Assembly (NCBI GenBank): GCA_964585945.1
Contig: CAZPGB010000006.1
Coordinates: 7,724-71,723, forward strand
Direction: 5' to 3'
Origin: an uncultured bacterium
GTDB lineage: Bacteria > Eisenbacteria > RBG-16-71-46 > CAIMUX01 > WJJG01
DNA: 64,000 bases
Position 1 is the stretch's first letter, and each line of letters starts with the position of its first letter. The notes beneath the pieces were generated by a model. It was given only the letters and a program-made list of their open reading frames with translations. It ran no database searches and had not been told where the DNA came from. The position numbers and the translations under genes are program-made. Positions 25,809-35,631 of the stretch are shown piece after piece.

Positions 25809-27164
25809 TCAACCGCTCAGATTCGCGCGCGCGAGCAACGCCTCGCGCTGCGTCGTGGCCTGCGCGCGAATTCGTTCCAGATCGCCGTCGACCAGCGCGC
25901 CGTCGCGCACCAGGAAGCGGCCGTCGACGACCACTTCCCGCGGTCGCGGCACCCCGGTGGCCAGCGCCAGACGGTGGGCCGCCGAGCTCTGTGGGTCCCA
26001 GGCGAGGTCCTCGTCGCGGAAGAGAATCAGATCGGCCCGGCGGCCGGCCGCCAGGGTGCCCACCTCCCGCTCCAGGCCCACGACGCGCGCGCCCTCCCGG
26101 GTCGCCATGACCAGCGTCTCCTCGATCGGCAGGGCGCCGGGACCCGCGCGCAGGCTCTGCATCTGGGCGGCCAGGCGCATGTCCAGGACCACCGACAGCG
26201 CATCGTTGCAGGCGGCCGCGTCGGAGCCCAGGCCGACCGGCACGCCCGCGGCGCGCAGGCCCACCACATCGGCGGTGCCTGAGCCCAGCTTGGCGTTGCT
26301 GCCGGGGCAGTGAACCACACCCGCGCCACAGCGCGCGAGGGCTTCCTGCTGGCGCCGATCGATCCAGATCGCGTGGACCAGAATGGTCCGGACCTCGAAA
26401 ACCCCCCAGCGAGCGAGGATCCCGATCGGGTCGTCGCCGTGCATGGCGCGGCAGGTCTCGTTCTCCCACGGCGTTTCCGACACGTGGGTGTGGATGGGCG
26501 CGCCGCGCGCTCTGGCCGCCGCCGCCAGCTCCTTCCACAGCGGCTCGGAGACCGAGAGGGTGAACCGGGGCGCCAGCGCGCCGCGCACCCTTCCATCGGC
26601 CGCCCCGTCCCAGCGGTCGTGCACCCCCAGCGCCTCGCGCAGGGCGGTGGCGGTGTCCTGGACCAGTGCGGGCGGCACCCGCTCGCCGGTGTCCATCAGC
26701 GCCTTGCCGAGCACGATCCGAATGCCCATCTCCCGGGCCACCTCGCCGATGACGTCGGTGTGGTGGACCGAGCCCATGTCCAGCAGCGTGGTGCTGCCCG
26801 CCAAGAGCGACTCGGCCACTCCGAGCCGGGCCGACGCGGCCATCGACTCCGGGTCGTGGGCCGCCTCCAGGGGCCAGATGCGCTCGGCCAGCCAGCGGTC
26901 GAGGGGCCGGTCCTCAGCCGTGCCCCGCAGGAGGCTCTGACAGAGGTGGATGTGGGCCTGCACGAAGCCCGGGAGCACCCACCAGCCCGGTCGGTCGAGC
27001 ACGCGCGTGGTCGGCTCGGGCTCGCCCAGGTCGGACCCCAGAGCGTGGATCCGGGAGCCCGCCACCTCGAGGTCGCCGGTCAGATCGCCCCGGTCGGGGT
27101 CCATCGTGATCAGTCGCGCACCCCGAATCCGCCATCGCGGGGTCTGGTCGGCGACCCTGGTCAT
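25809..27164 (-). CDS. amidohydrolase-family deaminase (MtaD/TrzA/SsnA-like; 5-methylthioadenosine/S-adenosylhomocysteine or guanine deaminase type)
   Basis: ATG (cat at 27162-27164) after AAAGGAG. Metal-binding LPGFVQAHIHLCQSL. An amidohydrolase-1 signature runs through the C-terminal HxH/D residues. The ORF extension to 27422 was rejected. Confidence 0.8.
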   Translation of the reverse strand: MTRVADQTPRWRIRGARLITMDPDRGDLTGDLEVAGSRIHALGSDLGEPEPTTRVLDRPGWWVLPGFVQAHIHLCQSLLRGTAEDRPLDRWLAERIWPLEAAHDPESMAASARLGVAESLLAGSTTLLDMGSVHHTDVIGEVAREMGIRIVLGKALMDTGERVPPALVQDTATALREALGVHDRWDGAADGRVRGALAPRFTLSVSEPLWKELAAAARARGAPIHTHVSETPWENETCRAMHGDDPIGILARWGVFEVRTILVHAIWIDRRQQEALARCGAGVVHCPGSNAKLGSGTADVVGLRAAGVPVGLGSDAAACNDALSVVLDMRLAAQMQSLRAGPGALPIEETLVMATREGARVVGLEREVGTLAAGRRADLILFRDEDLAWDPQSSAAHRLALATGVPRPREVVVDGRFLVRDGALVDGDLERIRAQATTQREALLARANLSG

Positions 27165-27318
27165 GCCATCTCCTTTCGCTCCTCTTTCGCTCCTCCGAGC
27201 CCGTTTCCTCCGCCCTGGTCGGGCTTTGGCGCTTGACACCCCCTCGGCCGCCCCGATACATCTTGGCGCAAGCTGGCGGGCTCGATCCGGTCCGAGCGAG
27301 CCCCGCCGTGGAGGGCTC

Positions 27319-27891
27319 ATGCGTGTTCTGCTCACAGAGTCGCAGATCCAGCAGCGGATCCGCGAGCTGGCCCGGGAAATCGCCCGGGACTTCCTCGGCA
27401 AGAGCCCGGTGCTGATCGGCATTCTGAAAGGGTCGATCTACTTCATGGCCGATCTCATGCGCGAGCTGGACGTCGACCACGAGGTCGACTTCATCTCCAT
27501 CTCCAGCTACGCCTCCGGCGTCACGTCGTCGGGCACCGTGCGCATGCTCAAGGATCTGGACCAGGACATCACCGGCCGGGACGTCCTGATCGTCGAGGAT
27601 ATCATCGACAGCGGCTTGTCGCTTTCCTATCTTCGCAAGAACCTTTTGTCGCGCAATCCGCGCAGCCTGTCGATCGTCACCCTGTTGGCCAAGGAGGTGC
27701 CCCGGGAGCGGCAGATCTACGTCGACTACTGCGGCTTCGACATCGGCGACGAGTTCGTGATCGGCTACGGTCTGGACTACGCCGAGCACTATCGTGAGCT
27801 GCCGTACATCGCCGTGATGGAATCCGAAGACCGCGCCCGTGTCGATGCGCTCCACGAGGCGGTCCAGGAGGGGCCCTCGGCCCCCGCGTAG
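27319..27891 (+). CDS. hpt: hypoxanthine-guanine phosphoribosyltransferase
   Basis: PRPP-binding motif VLIVEDIIDSGLSLSYL. Length and N-terminus MRVLLTESQIQQRIRELA typical of Hpt. Confidence 0.9.
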   Translation: MRVLLTESQIQQRIRELAREIARDFLGKSPVLIGILKGSIYFMADLMRELDVDHEVDFISISSYASGVTSSGTVRMLKDLDQDITGRDVLIVEDIIDSGLSLSYLRKNLLSRNPRSLSIVTLLAKEVPRERQIYVDYCGFDIGDEFVIGYGLDYAEHYRELPYIAVMESEDRARVDALHEAVQEGPSAPA

Positions 27892-27947
27892 GGGACGCGT
27901 CACCACCTGGGGAGTCGATTGCACGACGGGCTTGAAGGGAGGGAAGC

Positions 27948-28655
27948 ATGAGTCCCGGCCGACCCGAGGACGCCTTCTTCGTGGCCCTGTGCGGCAACAT
28001 CGGCGTCGGCAAATCCCTCTTCGCCGAGCGGCTCGGCCGGCGCATGGGCCTGGACATCTACTACGAGCCGGTCTCGCAGAATCCCTACCTGGAGGCGTTC
28101 TACCGGGACATGCGGCGCTGGGCCTTTCATCTGCAGATCTACTTCCTGGCCGAGCGGTTCAAGGCCCAGAAGGCGATGAACCAGAGCGGGCGGCCCTTCA
28201 TCCAGGATCGCACCATCTACGAGGACGGCGAGATCTTCGCGCGCGTGCTGCACGAGCGCGGCGAGATGGAGCGGCAGGACTACGAGAGCTACCTGGCGCT
28301 CTTTCGCGAGATGGTCGACCTGCTGGCCCGCCCTTCGCTCCTGATCTACCTGCGCGCCTCGAGGCCGACGCTGCTGCGCCGGATCGCCGACCGGGGACGC
28401 CGCTGCGAGGCGTCGATCGAGCCACGGTACCTGGACCAGCTCGAGGAGGCCTACCGCGCGTGGGCGCCCGGCATGGCGAGCGTCTGTCCGGTCCTGGAGG
28501 TCGACACCGAAGCGATCGTCTATCCGCCGGGGGAGGAGGTGCTCGAGCCGATCGTGGCCCGCATCCGCCGCGAGGCGGCCGGCCGCGGCGTGGCGCTGCC
28601 GCCCACGGCGACGCGGATCGAGACGCCGTCGCGGCCCGGCGGCGGGGGGGCGTGA
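27948..28655 (+). CDS. deoxynucleoside kinase (dAdo/dGuo/dCyd kinase family)
   Basis: P-loop LCGNIGVGKSLFAERL. dNK family motifs (YEPV...NPYLEAFY, DRTIYED, lid RRIADRGRRCE). Confidence 0.85.
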   Translation: MSPGRPEDAFFVALCGNIGVGKSLFAERLGRRMGLDIYYEPVSQNPYLEAFYRDMRRWAFHLQIYFLAERFKAQKAMNQSGRPFIQDRTIYEDGEIFARVLHERGEMERQDYESYLALFREMVDLLARPSLLIYLRASRPTLLRRIADRGRRCEASIEPRYLDQLEEAYRAWAPGMASVCPVLEVDTEAIVYPPGEEVLEPIVARIRREAAGRGVALPPTATRIETPSRPGGGGA

Positions 28656-29440
28656 TCGTGGTACCGAGGAAGACGGCGACATCGGGACGGGCCGGGCGCG
28701 CGGGCGAGACCACGTCCCGTCGCCCCAGGGCGGCCGCCGGAAAGAAGCCCGCACGGCGCAAGCCCTCCGGCGCGCGGCCGGTGCGCGGTCGCAAGACCGA
28801 GCTGCGCAGGGTGTTGATCGGTGTGGCGGGGGGCTCGGCCTCGGGCAAGACGATGGTGGCCGACCGCGTCTGCGAGGAGCTGGGCACCGATCAGGTGGCC
28901 ATCGTCAAGCAGGACTTCTACTACAAGGATCTGAGCCACCTGCCGTTCGAGGAGCGCACCAAGCAGAACTTCGATCACCCCGACGCCTTCGACATGGAGC
29001 TCTTCTACAACCACGTGCGGCTGCTGCTCGAGGGGTCGGACCTCGAGGTCCCCGTCTACGACTTCAGGAAGCACCTGCGCCTGAAGGAGACGCTGACCAT
29101 CTCGGGCTGCCGCATCATCATCCTCGAGGGCATCCTCCTGCTCGACGATCCGCTCCTGCGCACGCTGATGGACATCAAGGTCTACATCGACACCGACTCC
29201 GACATCCGCCTGATGCGCCGCATCCGGCGCGACGTCGCCGAGCGCGGCCGCACGCTGGAGGCGGTGCTCGATCAGTACGAGAACAGCGTGCGCCCGATGC
29301 ACCTGCAGTTCGTCGAGCCCTCGAAGCGCTACGCGGATGTGATCGTGCCCGAGGGCGGCCACAACGAGGTGGCCATCGATCTGCTGGTCACCAAGATCCG
29401 CTCGATCCTCGAACCGCGGGCGGGGGCCAAGCGCGCATGA
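28652..29440 (+). CDS. udk: uridine/cytidine kinase
   Basis: P-loop GVAGGSASGKT. Udk signature DFYYKDLSHLPFEERTKQNFDHPDAFD. GTG start overlaps the dNK stop (GTGA); the exact start (28652 vs 28658) is uncertain. Basic N-terminal extension. Confidence 0.75.
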   Translation: MIVVPRKTATSGRAGRAGETTSRRPRAAAGKKPARRKPSGARPVRGRKTELRRVLIGVAGGSASGKTMVADRVCEELGTDQVAIVKQDFYYKDLSHLPFEERTKQNFDHPDAFDMELFYNHVRLLLEGSDLEVPVYDFRKHLRLKETLTISGCRIIILEGILLLDDPLLRTLMDIKVYIDTDSDIRLMRRIRRDVAERGRTLEAVLDQYENSVRPMHLQFVEPSKRYADVIVPEGGHNEVAIDLLVTKIRSILEPRAGAKRA

Positions 29441-30045
29441 CCTTCGGCACCCCACAGGGCACCGGCTGGATCGAGGTCATCTGCGGCTGCATGTTCAGCG
29501 GCAAGACCGAGGAGTTGATCCGCCGTCTGCGTCGCGCGCAGATCGCCCGCAAGAAGGTGGCCATCTTCAAACCGGTGGTGGACGACCGCTACGCGCCCGC
29601 CGAGATCGTGACCCATGACCGGGTGAGCATCGAGTCGATCCCGGTGCGCCATCCACGCGAGATCCTCGATCGCGGGGCCGCAGCGGATGTTCTGGGCATC
29701 GACGAGGTGCAGTTTTTCGACCGCAGCGTCGTGGACGTCTGCCAGGAGCTGGCGGCGCGGGGCACGCGGGTGATCGTGGCCGGTCTGGACACCGACTACC
29801 GCGCCCAGCCCTTCGACCCGATACCCGAGCTGATGGCGGTGGCCGAGTACGTGACCAAAACCCAGGCGATCTGCGTGGTGTGCGGCAACCCGGCCAGCCG
29901 CACCCAGCGCGTGGTGGCCGGAGGCGACCGAATCCTGGTGGGGGGGATCAGCGCCTACGAGGCGCGCTGCCGGCGCTGCTATCGTCCGCCGGAGGCCGAG
30001 TCGGGGGAGCTGTTCGGGCCGTCGGAGTCCGGGGAGGAGGCCTAG
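29437..30045 (+). CDS. tdk: thymidine kinase
   Basis: P-loop CGCMFSGKTEELIRR. C-terminal zinc-ribbon cysteines (CVVCG...CRRC). The ATG overlaps the udk stop. Confidence 0.9.
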   Translation: MTFGTPQGTGWIEVICGCMFSGKTEELIRRLRRAQIARKKVAIFKPVVDDRYAPAEIVTHDRVSIESIPVRHPREILDRGAAADVLGIDEVQFFDRSVVDVCQELAARGTRVIVAGLDTDYRAQPFDPIPELMAVAEYVTKTQAICVVCGNPASRTQRVVAGGDRILVGGISAYEARCRRCYRPPEAESGELFGPSESGEEA

Positions 30046-31095
30046 ATGATCTGGCGCATGGGAGACCGCGGCCGGGCCGCGGACAACCGCCCGTGGGCGC
30101 TCCTGGCGAGCGCGCTGCTCCTGCTGGTGGTCGGCTGTTCGGGCGGCGATGGGGGCGCCGAGCGCGGCCCGGCCGACTTCCACGTCGGCCTCGTATTCGA
30201 TGTGGGTGGCCTGGGTGACAAGTCCTTCAACGACCTGGCCTACGCCGGGTTGATGCGCGCGCGCGAGGAGCTGGGCGTCAGCTTTGAGTACTTCGAGCCC
30301 ACGCAGGGGGCGGAGCGGGAGTCGGCGCTGCGCCTCTTCGCGCAGGGTGACGCCGATCTGATCATCGGCGTGGGGTTCCTCTTCACCGACGACATCCGCG
30401 CCGTGGCCGAGGACTTTCCCGACAAGCGGTTCGTCTGCATCGACTACACCTGGATGCCGGGCGACAGCGTGCCGCCCAACCTGGTGGGCGTGAAGTTCCG
30501 CGAGCACGAGGGCGCCTTCCTGGTGGGCGCCCTGGCCGCGATGGTGACCGAGACCGGGACGATCGGCTTCGTGGGGGGCATGGACATTCCGCTGATCCAC
30601 AAGTTCGAGGCCGGGTATCGCGCCGGCGCCAAGCACATCGATCCCGATTGCCGCGTGATCGTCAACTACGCCGGGGTCACCGGCGATGCCTTCAAGAACC
30701 CGTCGAAGGGCAAGGAGCTGGCCCTGTCGCAGTACGATCAGGGCGCCGACATCATCTTCCACGCCTCGGGCTCCACGGGTCTCGGGGTGTTCGAGGCGGC
30801 CCGCGAGAAGGAGCACCTCGCGATCGGGGTGGATGCCGATCAGTCCTCCGAGGCGCCGGGGCTGGTGCTCACCAGCATGACCAAGAACGTGGATGTGGTC
30901 GTCTTCCGGGAGATCGCCGCGGCGGTGTCGGGGAACTTCGAGGGCGGCGTCGAGGAGCTGGGCTTGCGCGAGAACGCGATCGGCTACGTGCGCAACGAGA
31001 CCAACGAGCGCTGGTTCACACCCGACGTGGTCCAGCGGCTGAACCGCATCCGCGGGGAGATCATCGCCGGGGGCATCGACGTCCCGAAAGAGTGA
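30046..31095 (+). CDS. BMP family (Med/PnrA-like) nucleoside-binding lipoprotein, ABC transporter substrate-binding component
   Basis: Lipobox VVGCSGG. BMP family motifs VGLVFDVGGLGDKSFND, IGVGFLF, IDYTW. Immediately upstream of the ABC ATPase and permeases. Confidence 0.85.
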   Translation: MIWRMGDRGRAADNRPWALLASALLLLVVGCSGGDGGAERGPADFHVGLVFDVGGLGDKSFNDLAYAGLMRAREELGVSFEYFEPTQGAERESALRLFAQGDADLIIGVGFLFTDDIRAVAEDFPDKRFVCIDYTWMPGDSVPPNLVGVKFREHEGAFLVGALAAMVTETGTIGFVGGMDIPLIHKFEAGYRAGAKHIDPDCRVIVNYAGVTGDAFKNPSKGKELALSQYDQGADIIFHASGSTGLGVFEAAREKEHLAIGVDADQSSEAPGLVLTSMTKNVDVVVFREIAAAVSGNFEGGVEELGLRENAIGYVRNETNERWFTPDVVQRLNRIRGEIIAGGIDVPKE

Positions 31096-31111
31096 GGGGC
31101 ACGATCGAGAG

Positions 31112-32725
31112 ATGACGGCCGAGTCCGGGACCGCCCTGCGCGCCCCCGAGGTGCGGCTCGAGGAGATCACCAAGCGCTTCGGCTCCACGGTGGCCAACGA
31201 TCGGGCCAGCGTCCGTTTCGCGCCCGGATCGATCCACGCGCTGGTCGGCGAGAACGGCGCCGGCAAGTCGACGCTCATGCGGGTGCTCTACGGCCTGCTG
31301 CGCCCCGACGCGGGCCGCATCTGGATCGACGGTGCACCGCGCACCATCGCGTCTCCCGCCCAGGCGCTCGAGTGCGGCATCGGGATGATTCACCAGCACT
31401 TCATGCTGGTGCCGCCGATGCGTGTGCTCGAGAACATCGCCCTGGGCTGCGAGGGGCTACGCGGGCTGCACGCCCTGCCCCGCGCGCGTCTGGCGGCCGA
31501 GCTGCGCCGCCTCTTCACCTCCTACGGCTTCGAGATCGACCCCGAGGCGCCGGTGGCCGCAATGGGCGTCGGCGCGCGCCAGAGGGTCGAGATCGCGCGG
31601 CTGCTCTACCGGGGCGCCCGGGTGCTGATCTGCGACGAGCCGACCGCGGTTCTGGCCCCGCCGGAGGTCGCCTCCTTCTTCGAGAACCTGCGCCGGCTGC
31701 GCAGTGAGGGGCGCACGGTGGTGCTGATCACCCACAAGCTCTCCGAGGTCCTGGCGATCGCCGACCGCGTCACCGTGTTGCGCAAGGGGCGCGTGGTGGG
31801 CGAGATGGAGCGCGACCAGATCCGCCGCGACGCGCTCGTGCAGATGATCATGGGGCCGGCGCGGGCGCAGGTGGACGAGCGGGGCGATCAGCCGACCGTG
31901 CGGGCCACGCCGATCGCGGCCGCGCCGTCGCTGCAGCGCGCGCGCGCGGCGAGCCGGGGCGCGGGACCGGCGCTGCAGCTCCGCCAGATCACGCTGCGCG
32001 GCTCGGGGGGCCGGTCGCTGCTCGAGCGTATCGATCTCGAGGTCGCGCCGGGCGAGATCCTGGGCATCGCCGGCGTGGCCGGCAACGGGCAGAGCGAGCT
32101 GGCCGAGGTGGCCTCCGGGCGCCGAGTCTTCGATGAGGGCGTGCTGCGCGTGGGGGGCTGCTTCTACGAGCCGGGGAAGCTGCCCGCCGCCCGCGAGCGC
32201 CCGTCGCTGATCCCGGAGGACCGCAACCAGGAAGGGCTGATCGGGGCGTTCCGCCTGTGGGAGAACCTGCTGCTGGGGCGCACGGAGGAGGCGCCCTTCG
32301 TGCGGCGGGGGCTCTACGCCCACGGCCCCGCGCGCCGCTGGGCGCGGCGGCAGCTCGAGCGCTTCGCGGTGGCGCCGCCCGACGAGATGCTCGCCGCCCA
32401 CGCCCTGAGCGGCGGCAATCAGCAGAAGCTGCTCTGCGCGCGTGAGCTCACGCGGGGCGGCAGCGTGCTGGTGGCCGCGCAGCCCACCCGCGGCGTCGAC
32501 ATCGCCAGCATCGCGTTCATTCACAGCACGCTGCGCGAGTTCCGCGCGGCGGGCGGCGGGGTGCTGCTGATCTCGGCCGACCTGGACGAGATCCTCGCGC
32601 TGTCCGACCGCGTGGCGGTGCTCTACCGCGGCCGCCTGGGTCGGGCTGAGGCGCGCGCCGATGTGGATATGGAGGGGATCGGCCGGGCGATGGTCGGGTT
32701 GGACGGCTCCCGGCCGGCCGTCTAG
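31112..32725 (+). CDS. ABC transporter ATP-binding protein with two fused ABC domains (nucleoside/sugar type)
   Basis: Two Walker A sites (GENGAGKST; GVAGNGQSEL). Signatures LSGGNQQK, and Walker B (LICDEP, LLISAD). 537 aa. Confidence 0.9.
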   Translation: MTAESGTALRAPEVRLEEITKRFGSTVANDRASVRFAPGSIHALVGENGAGKSTLMRVLYGLLRPDAGRIWIDGAPRTIASPAQALECGIGMIHQHFMLVPPMRVLENIALGCEGLRGLHALPRARLAAELRRLFTSYGFEIDPEAPVAAMGVGARQRVEIARLLYRGARVLICDEPTAVLAPPEVASFFENLRRLRSEGRTVVLITHKLSEVLAIADRVTVLRKGRVVGEMERDQIRRDALVQMIMGPARAQVDERGDQPTVRATPIAAAPSLQRARAASRGAGPALQLRQITLRGSGGRSLLERIDLEVAPGEILGIAGVAGNGQSELAEVASGRRVFDEGVLRVGGCFYEPGKLPAARERPSLIPEDRNQEGLIGAFRLWENLLLGRTEEAPFVRRGLYAHGPARRWARRQLERFAVAPPDEMLAAHALSGGNQQKLLCARELTRGGSVLVAAQPTRGVDIASIAFIHSTLREFRAAGGGVLLISADLDEILALSDRVAVLYRGRLGRAEARADVDMEGIGRAMVGLDGSRPAV

Positions 32726-32757
32726 CGTACAATGCCATCAGGGAGGGGCCCCGACAT

Positions 32758-33802
32758 CGTGGTGCGCTTGCAGAGACTGATTCGGCACGGCTTCCCCGTC
32801 GCCAGCGCGCTGACCGCCGCGGTGCTGCTGGCGATCGCGATCGCCGTGCTGCTGGGTGTCTCGCCCGCGCGGCTGGCCCACACCCTCATCGAGCGCCTGG
32901 GACCGTTCGCCTGGGGCCAGGTGCTCTTTCGGGCCACCTTCCTCACCTTCACCGGGCTCTCGGTGGCGCTCGCCTTCCAGGCCGGTCTGTTCAACATCGG
33001 CGCCGAGGGGCAGGCCGTCGTCGGATCGTTGGGCTGCGCGCTGGTGGGCATCGCCCTGACCGGCTGGCCCGCCTGGATCGTGCTGCCCGCCGCGATCGCC
33101 GGCGCGATGGTGGCGGGCGGCCTGTGGGGCTTCATCCCGGGCTGGCTCAAGGCGCGCTTCGGGACGCACGAGGTGATCAACACGATCATGCTCAACTTCA
33201 TCGCCTTGGCCGGATCGAACTTCTTGATGACCCGCTACCTGGCGCTGCCCGAGACGGTGCGCACCGCCGAGGTGGGCGCCGCGCTGCCGCGCCTGGATGC
33301 GCTGGTGCCCGCGCTGCGCGGCTCGGCGGTCAACGCCAGCCTGGGTCTGGCCGTGGCGGCCGTCGTGGTGGCGCACATCTTCACGCACCACACCGTCGCC
33401 GGCTTCAAGCTGCGGGCCGTGGGGCGCGGGCCGGTCCAGGCGCGCATGGCCGGCATCGATCCCGGGCGGCGCCTGGTGCTGGCCTTCGCGCTGGCCGGCG
33501 CGGCCGCCGGGCTGGTGGGCACCAACTTCGTGCTGGGCTACAAGCACTACTACGAGGACGGCTTCACCGGCGGCATCGGGTTCCTCGGTATCGCCGTCGC
33601 GCTGATCGCGCGCAACGAGCCGCTGGCGATCCTGCCGGCCGCGCTGCTGTTCGGCTTCCTGGCCGAATCGGGATTGGTGGTCAACACCCTGCTGCCGCGT
33701 GAGATGGTGGACGTGCTCACCGGCGCCATCTTGCTCGTCTTCATCGTGGCCGAGCGCATGCGGGCCCAGGGCCTGCGCCGCTTGCGGGAGCCGTCGCGAT
33801 GA
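32758..33802 (+). CDS. ABC transporter permease (nucleoside/sugar type, first membrane subunit)
   Basis: About 8-10 TM helices. Start taken at GTG 32758; the ORF-track start 32732 overlaps the ATPase end. Confidence 0.75.
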
Positions 33803-34722
33803 GTCCGATCGCCCTGGTGCTGTCGCTCATCGCCCAGACGCTGCGCATCAGCGTGCCCTATGCGCTGGCCTCGTGCGGTGGGGTGCTCTCGGAGCGCGGC
33901 GGCGTGGTCAACATCGCCCTGGAGGGCATCCTGCTCAACGGCGCCTTCTGCGCCGTGGTGGGCACCATCTTCACCGGCTCGCCCTACGCGGGCATCCTGT
34001 GCGCCATGTTCGGGGGACTGCTGACGGCCGCCCTGCACGCCCTGGTCACGGTGACGGGCAAGGCCGATCAGATCGTCTCCGGACTGGCGATCAACATCCT
34101 CAGCTTCGGCTTGACGCGGGGAGGGCTGCGGGTTCTCTTCCACAGCGCGAGCAACTCCCCGCGGATCGAGGCCCCCGCGACGCCGTGGACGGAGATGGAG
34201 GCCGGCGTCGTCGGACCGCTGGTCCGGGTGCTGGGCAATCCGCTCTTCCTGCTGACCGTGGCGCTGATTCTGGCGTCGCTCTGGCTGCTGTTCCGGTCCG
34301 GTCTGGGCCTGGCCCTGCGCACGGCAGGGGAGCATCCCGAGGCGGCGCACTCGGCCGGGTTCTCCGTGGCCCGCCTGCGCTGGCTCGGTGTGCTGGCCAG
34401 CGGTCTGCTCGGGGGCCTGGGCGGAGCCTGGCTGGCCTTCGAGCAGCACTCCTTCACCGACCAGATGTCGGGCGGGCGCGGCTACATCGCGCTGGCGGCG
34501 ATGATCGTGGGCAAGTGGCACCCGCTGGGGGCGGCCGCCGCCTGCCTCCTCTTCGGCGCGGCGGAGACGGCCCAGATCCGGCTGCAGGGCAGCGGCGCGC
34601 CCACACAGCTCTTGCAGATGCTTCCGTTTGCGCTGACGATCCTCGTGCTGGTCGTCTGGATCGGACGATCGGTGGCGCCCGCGGCGGTCGGCCGGCCCTA
34701 CGATCCCGAGCAGACCGACTGA
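33799..34722 (+). CDS. ABC transporter permease (second membrane subunit)
   Basis: The ATG overlaps the previous stop (ATGA). Polytopic, with the conserved permease loop region GGLGGAWLAFEQ. Confidence 0.8.
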   Translation: MSPIALVLSLIAQTLRISVPYALASCGGVLSERGGVVNIALEGILLNGAFCAVVGTIFTGSPYAGILCAMFGGLLTAALHALVTVTGKADQIVSGLAINILSFGLTRGGLRVLFHSASNSPRIEAPATPWTEMEAGVVGPLVRVLGNPLFLLTVALILASLWLLFRSGLGLALRTAGEHPEAAHSAGFSVARLRWLGVLASGLLGGLGGAWLAFEQHSFTDQMSGGRGYIALAAMIVGKWHPLGAAAACLLFGAAETAQIRLQGSGAPTQLLQMLPFALTILVLVVWIGRSVAPAAVGRPYDPEQTD

Positions 34723-34761
34723 GCCGCGCCCGCGGCCCGAGGAGAGGCGGATGAGAGGACC

Positions 34762-35586
34762 ATGAAACGGGTCTCCGAGTCGATCGACCCCGCGGCCCTG
34801 GCGGTGTTGCGTGCGGCCGCAGGAGATGTGCCCTTCGGGGGCGCGGCGGTCCTGGGCTCGGGGCTGGGCGGCCTGCTGGACGGGTGGAAGCCGGTGGCAT
34901 TCTTCTCGCCCGACGACCTGCCCGGCTATCCCCGTTCCACCGTGGAGGGGCACGCCGGCCGGGCGGCGGTCGTGCGCTGGGGCGAGCAGGCGGGACTGGT
35001 CTTTCAGGGTCGCGTGCACGTCTACGAGGGCTGCCGGCGTCCGGAGGTGACCTTCGGCGTGCGGCTGGCCGCGGCCCTGGGCTGCCGCTGGATCCTGCTG
35101 ACCAACGCCGCCGGCGCCACCGACCCCCGCCTGACGCCCGGCACCATCATGGTGGTCGAGGACCACGTGCGGCTGCTGCTGGGGGGGCGCGCGCTGGGCA
35201 CGACGGTCACCCCCGGGACCCGGTTGCGGGGCAGCCCCTACGACGCGCGCCGCACCGAGCGGCTGTTTCGGGAGCTGAGCCTGGCGCGCCTGCGAGTGGT
35301 CCGCGGCGTGCTGGTCGGCGGGCTGGGGCCCAACTACGAGACCGCCGCCGAGGTGGAGATGATCCGCCGCCTGGGCGGGCACGCCGCCTGCATGTCGACC
35401 GTGATCGAGGCCGAAGAGGCCGCACGGTTGGGCATGGACACAGTGGCCCTGTCGCTGATCACCAACCTGGCCACCGGCCTCACGCCGCGGCGGCTCGATC
35501 ACGACGAGGTGGTCGCGATCGCGGACCGGATGGGCCCCGACCTGTCGCGGGCGCTGGCCCGCGTGGTCGCGGACTGGTGTGCGTGA
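34762..35586 (+). CDS. purine nucleoside phosphorylase (PNP/MTAP family)
   Basis: Motifs GSGLGGL, HAGRAAVVRWGEQ, VHVYEG, GPNYETAAEVEM, STV.EA typical of trimeric PNP family enzymes. Confidence 0.85.
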   Translation: MKRVSESIDPAALAVLRAAAGDVPFGGAAVLGSGLGGLLDGWKPVAFFSPDDLPGYPRSTVEGHAGRAAVVRWGEQAGLVFQGRVHVYEGCRRPEVTFGVRLAAALGCRWILLTNAAGATDPRLTPGTIMVVEDHVRLLLGGRALGTTVTPGTRLRGSPYDARRTERLFRELSLARLRVVRGVLVGGLGPNYETAAEVEMIRRLGGHAACMSTVIEAEEAARLGMDTVALSLITNLATGLTPRRLDHDEVVAIADRMGPDLSRALARVVADWCA

Positions 35587-35631
35587 ATCCCCATCCCCGC
35601 CGAGAGCGGGCGTCGAGCCTGCGGGCGCGGA

